DNA of 64,000 bases from Cyanobacteriota bacterium. Its GTDB lineage: Bacteria; Cyanobacteriota; Cyanobacteriia; PCC-6307; Cyanobiaceae. Location of the stretch: contig JBJOMY010000003.1 in NCBI GenBank assembly GCA_046052125.1, forward strand, positions 1 to 64,000, in the 5' to 3' direction. The position numbers and the translations under genes are program-made. The notes beneath the pieces are model-generated. The model was not told the DNA's origin. It made no database searches and was given only the letters and a program-made list of their open reading frames with translations. This document shows positions 29,338 through 38,467 of the stretch, piece by piece (the stretch's first letter is position 1; the number at the start of each line of letters is the position of its first letter).

Positions 29338-29832
29338 CTACGCCGCTGCCGCTGCGGCGATTTCGATCACCTCGATCGGGATGGCGGAACGCCGGCTGAG
29401 GCGGCGGGCCTGCTCCACCAGGGAGGCAGTGCCGCGGGAACCGGGGAAGGCGATCACGAGGAGGCCAGCGCCCAGGGGGAGAGCGGAGGCCAGATCGAGG
29501 GAGCGCTCGAGCATCTGGCGATTGCGGATCGGGCCAGCGGCGCGGCCGTGCTGCTGCCAGGCAGCGGGGCAGGCGATCTGGGGCCAGCCGAGCTGATCGG
29601 CGGCAGCGGAAATGGCCTGATCCGCGCCGCGAGCACCGCCATGAAAGAGCGATTGCACCAAGCGGCCACGGGAGGCGCTGAGCAGATGGGTGGCAATCAG
29701 CTCAGAAGGCCAGGTGAGATCACGACCACCACCGGCCACGATCACCAGCTGGCCACTGCCAGGGAGAAACAACGAGCTGAATAAAGCAGCAGCAGGTGGC
29801 GCCAATGCGGCGGCCTGGGTGAGTGAAAGCAT
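29338..29832 (-). CDS. SLOG/YspA-like protein (DUF2493)
   Basis: VAGGGRD, HGGARGAD, AGPIRNRQM, AFPGSRGT. Confidence 0.85.
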   Translation of the reverse strand: MLSLTQAAALAPPAAALFSSLFLPGSGQLVIVAGGGRDLTWPSELIATHLLSASRGRLVQSLFHGGARGADQAISAAADQLGWPQIACPAAWQQHGRAAGPIRNRQMLERSLDLASALPLGAGLLVIAFPGSRGTASLVEQARRLSRRSAIPIEVIEIAAAAAA

Positions 29833-29916
29833 GGAAAGAAAAAGAGCACAGAAGGATTTCTTTCAAGGGCTCCGGCAACAGCGGAGGCCATCCCTTGATC
29901 ACCTCTTCATTGTATC

Positions 29917-29930
29917 AGTACGGGCGTACT
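29917..29930. promoter_or_regulatory. Cyanobacterial LexA (SOS) box
   Basis: AGTACGGGCGTACT palindrome (AGTAC-N4-GTACT) upstream of SLOG-Gp157-Rad52 genes. Confidence 0.7.
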
Positions 29931-30327
29931 ATGCGCCAGGTGAGACGGCGCCATGGGCGCCCTCTTCTTGAATCTTTATGGCGCTAGTTCTGGACGCCTG
30001 GGGCATCAGCAGTGCGGCAACTCTTCTAAGTGCCGAGCTCTCATCGAGTGCCCGGAATGCAGCCACCACAGCCGCTTCCAGGAGCTTGCAACAGGCCCCA
30101 AAGCGCCGGGCCACCGCAGCCGCGGGAGGACGCTGTGCGTAACGAACCAATGCCACACTTCCCGGCGGCGGCAAGGACACAAGAGATCACGCGAGCGCCA
30201 GGGCCGGTGTCCGCGCAGCGGCTACACCGGCTCGCGAAGCCCTGGCGCCGTGTGACATCCTGAATCACCTGCCGCCGGGTGGCGATTAAGAGCTAAGGGC
30301 TAACCCAGCCTGTCGGAAATCAGAAGC

Positions 30328-32001
30328 TCAAGTTTCTGAGAATGTGGTGAACACTGACGCCGGCTCAAGCACCTCCAACAACGCCTGCAATTCCGCCTGA
30401 GGATCCCGCTGCAACAGAGCGACCACATCCGGTCCGGGGTCTACGGCCTGTGCGATTGCTGCACCCACAGCTCCCGGTAGTTCCCCCACCAGCTGCAACG
30501 CCATCGAGGCAATGGAGCCATCAACGGCCACCAGCGCCAGGCTGCTCAGCCACTCCAACGCCAAACGGCACGCGGGGTCCTGCAGAGAGAGGCAGCCGAG
30601 CAGGTCACGGCACTCGGGTGCATGGATGAACAACCGCAGGGCGCGGTGCTCAGCCCGCTGGCGGGCCGTGGCGGCACAGGCCTCGATCAGGGCAACGATG
30701 CTCTGGGGCATGGCCCGGGTAGCAGTTGTTTGGTCGCTCTGACCCCGCAATGCATGGTTCAAGCGTTGCTCAGCTGAGCGGCGCAACACCCCATCGGGCA
30801 GTTGCTCCATCAAGGCCTGTCCGGCCTGCTCGATGGCCTGAAGAGTTTCAAGCGCTGGCTCACCACTGCTCATCGCCAGTGGAGCCAGAAGCCGATCCAG
30901 TCGCCACTCCAGCCAATGCCTGGCTGAGGCGATCAAACCCGCAATAGACGTTGGCCCCTGAGCCCGGAGCAAGCCGTCGGCATCTTGCCCCTCGGGCAAC
31001 TGCACCACCGAGGCGCTCAACCCACCAGCCACCAGCTGCGGCTGCAACTGTTCGAGCAGCTTCTCCGTAGCGGCCTGCCCCGCGCCATCGCCGTCGAGGG
31101 CGATCAAAAGGTGCTTCATGCCCTGGCGCCGGAGCAGCTGCAGCTGCAACGCCGACACGCTCGTGCCCAGGCAGGCCACCGCATGGGTGAAACCAGCCTG
31201 GTGAAGCTGGATCACATCCAGGGGGCCCTCCACCAACAGCGCGGTGCCTTGCTTGCGGATCGCCTCTGCGGCTTGATCCAGGCCAAACACCAGACCGTTG
31301 CGTTGGAAGAGCAAGTCCCCAGTGCTGTTGCGGTACTTGGGCTCTTGGCGACCTATGGCCCGGCCGCAGAAGCCCACGGTCTGGCCTGAGGCGTCGTTGA
31401 GGGGAATCGTCAGCCGGCCGCCGGCGACACCCAGCTGCCAAGCGATTGCCGTCTCGGCGCTGATGCCACGGGAGCGGAGGTAATCGGCAGCGGCACCGCC
31501 CTGCTCCAGCTCCTGCAACAGGGCCTGGTGGAACTGGGTCCGCTGCTCCATGCGCTGCGCCATCAACTGGCGCCGTTCGCGCCACTCCCGCTCAAAGCGC
31601 GCCTGCGCCTCCGGATCACCTTCCGCCACGCTCACGCCGGTGCGGCGCGCCAGATCGAGCACCGCTTCTTGAAAGCTCAGGCCCTGCCGGTCCTGCAACC
31701 AACCGATGGCATCGGTTCCCTTCCCGCACACAAAGCAATGCACGCGGTTACGGCTTGGGCTCACGGATAACGAGGGATGGCGATCGTCGTGCCAGGGGCA
31801 ACGGGCCACGAACTCCCGGCCACTCTTCTTGAGTTCAGTGGGCCCAAAGAGATCGGTGATCTGGGCCCGCTCGCGCACGCTCTCGAGCACCGCCGGCGTA
31901 AGAAGCCCAGCCGGGCGCCCCGAAGGGTGTCCACTGGGTGCGCGGCGGGTCGCTCCAGCAACAACCCTACGAAAAGCAGCTTTGCCGTTGCTCATAGGCA
32001 C
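30328..32001 (-). CDS. DnaG-type DNA primase
   Basis: CPWH...CFVC zinc finger, PKYRNS, TOPRIM LVEGPLD and ALDGDGAG. Confidence 0.92.
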   Translation of the reverse strand: MPMSNGKAAFRRVVAGATRRAPSGHPSGRPAGLLTPAVLESVRERAQITDLFGPTELKKSGREFVARCPWHDDRHPSLSVSPSRNRVHCFVCGKGTDAIGWLQDRQGLSFQEAVLDLARRTGVSVAEGDPEAQARFEREWRERRQLMAQRMEQRTQFHQALLQELEQGGAAADYLRSRGISAETAIAWQLGVAGGRLTIPLNDASGQTVGFCGRAIGRQEPKYRNSTGDLLFQRNGLVFGLDQAAEAIRKQGTALLVEGPLDVIQLHQAGFTHAVACLGTSVSALQLQLLRRQGMKHLLIALDGDGAGQAATEKLLEQLQPQLVAGGLSASVVQLPEGQDADGLLRAQGPTSIAGLIASARHWLEWRLDRLLAPLAMSSGEPALETLQAIEQAGQALMEQLPDGVLRRSAEQRLNHALRGQSDQTTATRAMPQSIVALIEACAATARQRAEHRALRLFIHAPECRDLLGCLSLQDPACRLALEWLSSLALVAVDGSIASMALQLVGELPGAVGAAIAQAVDPGPDVVALLQRDPQAELQALLEVLEPASVFTTFSET

Positions 32002-33695
32002 TCCACGCCGGGGTAGAGGTCGCTGCCGATGAACAGGTGCCTGGCCTCGTCCGCTTCCAGGTAGCAGTGGGCCCGGTCCATGCGGATCGTGGTTTTGCTG
32101 CAGTCGTCTTCTCCGCTCATCTGGCCATGGCGGAACTTGCCGTGGTGGATCTCGAGCACACCCGGTTTGGGCTTGCTGAATTCATCCAGCTTGGGCCGAT
32201 CGATCAGCCAAACGGCGGAGGCATAACGCTCCAGCTCGGATGTGCCCGCCAGGTGGGAGACATCGGGGCCGGTGGGGTTGCCGTAGGCGCCGCGGTTCAG
32301 CTGCGCCACCACAAAAATGTCGAGTTCACAGCGGCCGGCCAGGGCCTTGATCGCCGTTGCCCGGGCCGCCAATTCAGCGGTGGTGTTACTGCCAAAACCT
32401 GGCGTGGGACCCATGGCATGGAAGTGATCGAGCACCACCGCCGCCAGCTCGGGATGAGCGCTCTTGCAGTCCTCTACCAAAGCCGCCAGTTCCTCCACCG
32501 TGGCAGCGAAGTGCGATTGGTAGAGCACCCGGCCCATCCGCTGGCCGTTGGGGGCAATGCTTTGTTCGAACTGAGCAGAGAGCTGGTTGAGGTGCTCGAA
32601 ATCACGGCCCTCAATCACCTCACCGCGGCCCTCCAGTTCATTGGCTGAGTAGCGCGGCGTGAACACCCCGCTGGCACGGCGGCAGTAGTTGGCCAGTAGC
32701 CGTGCACCGATGGCGCGGCGGCTGAGCTCACAGGAGAGCACCAGAACAGAAGCGCCGTTGATGGCCAGGCCCATGGCGGCGGCGATGCCCACGGTGGTTT
32801 TGCCCACGCCGGACTTGGCAGCCAACACCCAGGTGCTGTCGCCAGTCCCGGGCAGGACGCCGCCACGCATGTCGATATCCAGTGAGGGAATCCCCGTGGA
32901 GATCGGCTTGGGGCGTTGCTCTGCCGGGAGGGAAGCCAGCGCCAAACACTCGCGCCTGGCATCGGCCTCGCTGCAGACCTTGAAGCTCTGGCGATAACGC
33001 CCTGCGGTGATCGAGGTGGCGTCATTGAGCAGCTGACGGCAGCTCTCCAGTTCGCCATCGATGCCGCAGTCGATCTGCTCACGCGCCAGGAGCTTGCGCA
33101 GCCCTGGATAGAACAGAGCTCTGGCCTTGGCGCTCTGGAACAGCCGGCAGGCGATTTTGAAGTCGAGCTCGGGATGGATCAGTCCGTCATCACCCCAGGC
33201 GATCACCTCCGAGAGGGATTCCTCCATCTGCAGGAGAGAGCCGCGAAAACGGCCTTCCAGGGCCCGTTGCCGCACGTCTTCTCGGATGGCGTTGGCGTTC
33301 AGCACATCAATGTCACGCCGGCCGCGGAACAGCTCGTCGATCTCCAACGCGAGGGCCCGCAGCCCCGGCTGGGTCCAGATGGAGCCGGGCACCACCTCGT
33401 CAAAGCGCAGGCCAATGGCGCGGCGGAACAGGCCCCAGCGTTCGCGCTGGTCGTCGGTTCCAACCAACACCGCTGCAAGCAGATTCTTTTCGTGCTCTGC
33501 CAGCGAGTGATCCGCAGGCACCTCTGGGACCTCGGCCGCCATCAGGCCAGCGGCGGTCTCAATGAAAACCCCCTGAACGATCATCCGTTGGATCAGCGCA
33601 GGATCGAAGCCACCGGGGATGGTGCTGGTTTGCTCCGCCTGCTTGGGCTCGGTGTCAGCGACGCCGGCAGTGGGTTGGGTAATGGAGTCAGTCAT
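31992..33695 (-). CDS. DnaB-like replicative helicase
   Basis: ISTGIPSLD, AKSGVGKT, LSCEL, VVLDH, VAQLNR, K.RHG. Confidence 0.88.
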   Translation of the reverse strand: MTDSITQPTAGVADTEPKQAEQTSTIPGGFDPALIQRMIVQGVFIETAAGLMAAEVPEVPADHSLAEHEKNLLAAVLVGTDDQRERWGLFRRAIGLRFDEVVPGSIWTQPGLRALALEIDELFRGRRDIDVLNANAIREDVRQRALEGRFRGSLLQMEESLSEVIAWGDDGLIHPELDFKIACRLFQSAKARALFYPGLRKLLAREQIDCGIDGELESCRQLLNDATSITAGRYRQSFKVCSEADARRECLALASLPAEQRPKPISTGIPSLDIDMRGGVLPGTGDSTWVLAAKSGVGKTTVGIAAAMGLAINGASVLVLSCELSRRAIGARLLANYCRRASGVFTPRYSANELEGRGEVIEGRDFEHLNQLSAQFEQSIAPNGQRMGRVLYQSHFAATVEELAALVEDCKSAHPELAAVVLDHFHAMGPTPGFGSNTTAELAARATAIKALAGRCELDIFVVAQLNRGAYGNPTGPDVSHLAGTSELERYASAVWLIDRPKLDEFSKPKPGVLEIHHGKFRHGQMSGEDDCSKTTIRMDRAHCYLEADEARHLFIGSDLYPGVECL

Positions 33696-33769
33696 GGCCT
33701 GCTTTGGGAAGAACAGGGCTGGTGGGGTTGCTGTTGCGGGGGGCCGTGCCCCTGTGGCTCTCGGGCCGA

Positions 33770-34825
33770 TCAGTGCTGTCTGGGGGGCTGGCTGAATTGC
33801 TCGGCGGCGGCGCCGGGTCTGCCTTCTCCCTGGGCCTCGAGCAGCTCTGCCAACCGCTGCTTCTCGCAGCGATCGAGCTTGGCGGCCTCGATCCCCCGGC
33901 CATGCCAGTGATCGCGGTTCCAAAAGAGCAGCCGGTTGGCTTTGTTCAGATCGCTCTCCTGCGTGCCCGGTGCAACCCCTTGGCCCACTCCTGGAGTGTT
34001 CCCACCGATGCCGCCGTTGAGCCGCCCGCTGTAAGCACCCCAGGCAAAAACGTGCCAGTGCTCCACGCCCCGGCCCTCTGAGCCGCGATCGACCTTGAGC
34101 AACACACCGGCGCAGTGAGCACCGCTCCGCCCTTGTGGGTACTCGCTGCGCCAGAACTCGGGCATTCCCCGTAGCGCCCGGATCAACACGGCCTCGAATG
34201 CCTCTGTGCCACCGGCGTGGCGGATCGCCTGGCGCAGGCGGCTGCCCAACACCGTGCCCGTGGGTGTGTACGTCGGCCAGGTCTGCGGTTTGTGCTGGTT
34301 GTAGATGGCGGCGAACTGAGCAATCAGCGGGTTCACCGCAGGGCTGCGCTCGGGTGCTGTTGAGGGTTCCGATGGCGCCTTAGTGATCACTCGGGGCTGA
34401 ACAACGGCGCTGACTCGCTCCTCGCGGGCGCTTGGAATCGCAACGGCTGACTGCAGTGGCGGCAGAGGCGCCTGCGGTTCGCAGTCCTGCTCATCGGGCT
34501 CGGCGGCATCGCCCTCCGTAGGCCCAGAAGCCAGCGTCACCGTGGTGCCGTTGGCATCACTGCGGAAGCGCAGCCAACCGAGAGCCTGCAGGTCATCGAG
34601 ATCCGCTTTCAGCAACCGCGGTTGCACAAACCAGGCGGCTCCCAGATCTCTGAGAGTCACGCGTACATCTCGGCTCCCGCGGCTGCGCCATTGCAGGTAG
34701 CCGTAGAGCTGAGCCACCCGCAACACCCGTCCGGGTCGCAACGATCCCTGCCGCTCATCGCTGAGTGTTTGCAGGGCTCGATGGGTCTGGCGGATGGCCT
34801 CGTTACGGATGCAGAAGAACTGCAC
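33770..34825 (-). CDS. Putative replication initiator (N-terminal winged HTH)
   Basis: LYGYL...VTLRDLG...LDDLQALGWL pattern; first gene before helicase and primase, next to iterons. Confidence 0.55.
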   Translation of the reverse strand: MQFFCIRNEAIRQTHRALQTLSDERQGSLRPGRVLRVAQLYGYLQWRSRGSRDVRVTLRDLGAAWFVQPRLLKADLDDLQALGWLRFRSDANGTTVTLASGPTEGDAAEPDEQDCEPQAPLPPLQSAVAIPSAREERVSAVVQPRVITKAPSEPSTAPERSPAVNPLIAQFAAIYNQHKPQTWPTYTPTGTVLGSRLRQAIRHAGGTEAFEAVLIRALRGMPEFWRSEYPQGRSGAHCAGVLLKVDRGSEGRGVEHWHVFAWGAYSGRLNGGIGGNTPGVGQGVAPGTQESDLNKANRLLFWNRDHWHGRGIEAAKLDRCEKQRLAELLEAQGEGRPGAAAEQFSQPPRQH

Positions 34826-34984
34826 GGTGTGATCAGGAGGACCAGCTCCTGACGAGCTGCGGGAGGCTACTGACCGTGCTCTTGTTGTCCGGAGAAAGCA
34901 GCCCTGCAGGCCACGGCGCTGCTATCTCGCCAGGGGCTTCTGATCTGCCTGATTTTTTCCCAAAAGGCCGGCTGTTGGTTTGCG

Positions 34985-35167
34985 TCTTGGTCTTTGGTTT
35001 TGGATTGATTCTCTAAAACCTTTGAGAGATATAGATGTGCTGCACGGGGTGCATCACCACTGAGGCACCGGGTGCAGCAGTCACTGATGCACGGGATGCA
35101 GCACTCGCTCGCAGGCATCAGGCAAGAGACCGATGCATGGGGTGCTGCAGCTGATGCTCCCCGTGCA
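34985..35167. other. Putative replication origin of element 1
   Basis: AT-rich tract then TGCACGGGGTGCA(G/T)CA-like repeats at 35041, 35064, 35088, 35134 and inverted at about 35152. Confidence 0.6.
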
Positions 35168-35226
35168 TCACAGGCCACCGCCATAACCCAGTTCGATCCG
35201 GCGGCGCAACCGTGGAAACCCGGGGA

Positions 35227-36186
35227 ATGCTCGCGGCAGTTGCGCCCTTCCCCATGCCCCCTCGTCATGCCCCTGTGGCAAGCAGCGTTCGCTCTTGGCT
35301 AAACACCTCCTCTGCTCATCGCCCCTTGTGCGAGCGCACGGTGATGGAGCTCTCCCGCCGCATTCAGCGCTGGCAAACGCATCCGGATGGCCCGGCCCAT
35401 GCCCCCAAGCCGGTGCGCCGCAGTGCCCTGCGGGCGCGTGAACAGCTGGTGCGCCACAACCTCGGCCTGGTGGCTCACACCTGGAATCGCCATCGCTGCA
35501 GCCTCCCTGCCCACGACGACACCACTGCCGATGCCCTGCAGGAAGGAGCACTAAATCTGATGCGCGCCGCTGAGAAGTTTGATGCCAGCAAGGGCTATTG
35601 CTTCTCCACCTACGCCGTCTTTTGGGTGCGGCGGGGCTTTGCGGAATTCGAGCAACGCTTTAAGCGGCCGATTCGCTTCCCGGCCGAGAAAGCGGCGGTG
35701 GTGCTCAAGGCACTGCGCCTCAGCCAGGAGTATCTAGCCAACACAGGGTCCGAGCCTGATCTGGAGTGGCTGGCAGCGCAGCTGACGTTCAGGCGCAAAC
35801 CACTCAGCCCCGAGAAGTTGGCTGAGTTCATCCGTCAGTGGGAGGCCACCCGTACCGGTTCTCTGGAGGCCGCAGACGATGACACAGAAGAGCGCGCACG
35901 CTCATCACGCCTGGATCAGGCCTCATTGCGCCAGGCCATCGAGCAACAACAGACAGACACGCCCGATCCACAACACTCCGCCCTGCCGCAGTTGATGGAC
36001 TGCCTGGAGGAGCGTGAATACCGCCTGATTCGCAATCGCTACCTACGCCGCCCGCCTCTGAGCCCTTCTCAGCTCAGGCGGTCCATGGGTGGCATGGAAC
36101 CGGAGCAACTCAAGCAGCTGGAAGTACAGGCCCTCGAGAAGATGCGCCAGGCCGCCGATCAGCTCGGCGACGAGTTCGCAGCCTGA
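35227..36186 (+). CDS. Sigma-70 family factor (RpoD-like, MGE type)
   Basis: LVRHNLGLV, DALQEG..L.RAAEKFD.SKGY.FSTYA.FWVR; region 4-like C-terminus. Confidence 0.88.
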   Translation: MLAAVAPFPMPPRHAPVASSVRSWLNTSSAHRPLCERTVMELSRRIQRWQTHPDGPAHAPKPVRRSALRAREQLVRHNLGLVAHTWNRHRCSLPAHDDTTADALQEGALNLMRAAEKFDASKGYCFSTYAVFWVRRGFAEFEQRFKRPIRFPAEKAAVVLKALRLSQEYLANTGSEPDLEWLAAQLTFRRKPLSPEKLAEFIRQWEATRTGSLEAADDDTEERARSSRLDQASLRQAIEQQQTDTPDPQHSALPQLMDCLEEREYRLIRNRYLRRPPLSPSQLRRSMGGMEPEQLKQLEVQALEKMRQAADQLGDEFAA

Positions 36187-36306
36187 ATCATCCCCAGCGC
36201 TCTAACCCCAACACAACGCCCAGGGGCAACTCACCTCTGGGCATTTGTGCTGCTGTGGTGCAACTCGTCTGCGCGTTGCTACAGCGAGGAAGCGCCGATT
36301 CGCGGC

Positions 36307-37089
36307 ATGACACCCAACGAGATCCGCACCACGCTGCTCAGCCAGAAGCAGCGGGTTGCAGAAGCCGCCCAGGGCTGGACGGTGGTGAGCTGTAGCCCCG
36401 ACAACGAACTCACCGCCATGGCGGCATTGCTGGTGCCCAACTGCAGCCTGGCCTGTGGATCCATTGCTGAACTGCTCGCGGAATTACCCCTGGAGCTGGA
36501 GCAGCTCCTAGTGATCTGCGACGACGCGCTCCCTGATGGCGGCGTGGTGGAGCTGATGCGCCAGCTACGAGAAGCCCGGTCTCAAGCAACCTGTCGCTTT
36601 CTGGTGTATCTCCCCAAAAGCACGGCCCAGCCAAGGCTCGAGCAACTCCTGGCCCATGGAGCCGATGCCCTCTGTTGCCGCAGCAGCGGGGGCAGTGGCG
36701 CTGTGCTCAGCGCCTTAGTGCAAGCCCTCAATGGCATGCAGAGCGTGGATGGAGCCTTCCGGCAACGCCTGAAACGATCACGCCGCTGCACGGAACAGCC
36801 AGCGCTCAGCTCTAAGGAACTGGAGCTCATTCACCTACTGGCAAGGGGGCACAACGGCCCCCAGATCGCTGCCCTGCGGCGCAAGCGCTGCGACAGTATC
36901 CGCCATCAGCTCAGCGTGATCTACCGGAAGACTGGTGTGAAGGGACAACGCGGACTGATTGCCTGGGCCCTCGCCCATGGTGTGATCAGGCCGCTGGATC
37001 TTGAGCCATCAGCTCCTGGACAGGAGCTAGGCGAACAGACCTGCGTGGCAGGTGGCAGCAAGCACCGGAGCCAGCCAACACATCACTGA
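36307..37089 (+). CDS. LuxR-HTH regulator with atypical receiver-like domain
   Basis: LPDGGVVEL, LSSKELELIHLLARG..IA..IYRKTGV. Confidence 0.75.
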   Translation: MTPNEIRTTLLSQKQRVAEAAQGWTVVSCSPDNELTAMAALLVPNCSLACGSIAELLAELPLELEQLLVICDDALPDGGVVELMRQLREARSQATCRFLVYLPKSTAQPRLEQLLAHGADALCCRSSGGSGAVLSALVQALNGMQSVDGAFRQRLKRSRRCTEQPALSSKELELIHLLARGHNGPQIAALRRKRCDSIRHQLSVIYRKTGVKGQRGLIAWALAHGVIRPLDLEPSAPGQELGEQTCVAGGSKHRSQPTHH

Positions 37090-37441
37090 GCCGTTCGGCG
37101 CCCAAGAGTGCATCGAGCTCAATGATCTGCACCGCCTCGCGCTGCCTTGGCAGCCAACCGGCGAGCAGGCGCCGATCACCCAGGGGCAGTGGCTGGGGGA
37201 GCTCAAGCCGTTGGCCGAGGAACGGCAACCAGAGCTCGATGCCATCGCTCTCGCGCCAGGGCTCAAAGCTGGCCACCTCCACCAGCTGCTTGAGCGTGGT
37301 TTCGCCGTAGCTGAGGGAGGTGAGATACATCACGTCCTTGAGTTGCTCGGCCTCAAGGGGAAGCGGCATCCAGAAGCCGCGATCGGCGGCGTTCTCGATC
37401 GCATCGCGGTGGTGGTGGGTGAGCAGAACCTTGGTGGTCAT
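36986..37441 (-). CDS. Hypothetical protein
   Basis: ATG start, protein-like composition. Confidence 0.6.
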   Translation of the reverse strand: MTTKVLLTHHHRDAIENAADRGFWMPLPLEAEQLKDVMYLTSLSYGETTLKQLVEVASFEPWRESDGIELWLPFLGQRLELPQPLPLGDRRLLAGWLPRQREAVQIIELDALLGAERLSDVLAGSGACCHLPRRSVRLAPVQELMAQDPAA

Positions 37442-37952
37442 GGCGGTCAGGAATCACTGCACCGGTTCTGGCTTTGAGGGGCCCAGCTCCACCGCCCACA
37501 GCTGTGGGCTCACTTACCCCACAGGTGTGGGATTGGAAGGCCACAGGTGTGGGATGAGCGTTGGCATGCAGATGGCGACGTCCTGTCGCGATGAGGGTTT
37601 TCACGGATCCGTCTGTGGCTGAGGAGTGCCATTCCCTCAGGCTTTCTTCCAGCGCCCCGCCACCCAACGCAGCCCCAATCCCACCGCAAAGGGGGCTCTG
37701 CCCCCCTCGGAACCCTATGGGGAGTTGCCTGAGATTCATGCCTGATGTTGTTCGCGCTGGAGCCATCGGCGCTCTGATGGCGGTGGTGGTGCAGGCGTGT
37801 CAGCCGACACCGCTCGGTGCGATGGTGCGCGGGGCGTTTGTGGTGCCGGCCTATGCCACCAGATCGGCTGGAGTCACTGGGATTCAGAGCAACGCCGGTA
37901 GCCTCCCGCACCTGCAAAATCCTGCATGCCAAAACGCTGCCTGCGCCGCCCG

Positions 37953-38366
37953 ATGACCAGCGCTCAGCGGGCGTTTGCCTGCGAGCACCTGGGCCTGGCG
38001 CATCAACAGGCACACCGCTTTGCCCGCCGTTGGTCGATGGCGGTTGATGACCTGATCGGCCCTGCTTACGAGGGCCTGTGCAAAGGAGCGATTGGCTTTG
38101 ATCCAACGCTGGGTCATCGCCCGTCCAGCTACCTCGTCCCGAAGGTGAAGGGCGAATTGCTGCACCACCTGCGCGATACGGGCTTCTCGCTGCGCATCAG
38201 CCACCGGCTGCGAGAGCTGTGGATCAAAGCCCGCAGATTGGTGGCTCAAGGTCTCAGTGATCAACAGATCGCAGCGGCGTTGGACGTACCGCTGGAGCGC
38301 TGGCTGGATTGTCGCCGCGCCTGCGGACAACGGCCGCTGCCATTGCACGAAGTCGAGCGCGATTGA
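37953..38366 (+). CDS. Short SigF-like sigma factor (regions 2-3 only)
   Basis: EHLGLA, DDLIGPAYEGL.K....FDP, GELLHHLRD; 137 aa. Confidence 0.8.
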   Translation: MTSAQRAFACEHLGLAHQQAHRFARRWSMAVDDLIGPAYEGLCKGAIGFDPTLGHRPSSYLVPKVKGELLHHLRDTGFSLRISHRLRELWIKARRLVAQGLSDQQIAAALDVPLERWLDCRRACGQRPLPLHEVERD

Positions 38367-38467
38367 GCGCAGACGTTGTTGTCAATGTCGGAACCCTTAG
38401 GGGTCCATTCGATCACCGCCCAGTTTTCACAGGCACCGCCAGTAGCCTCCCGCACCTGCACTGTTTT

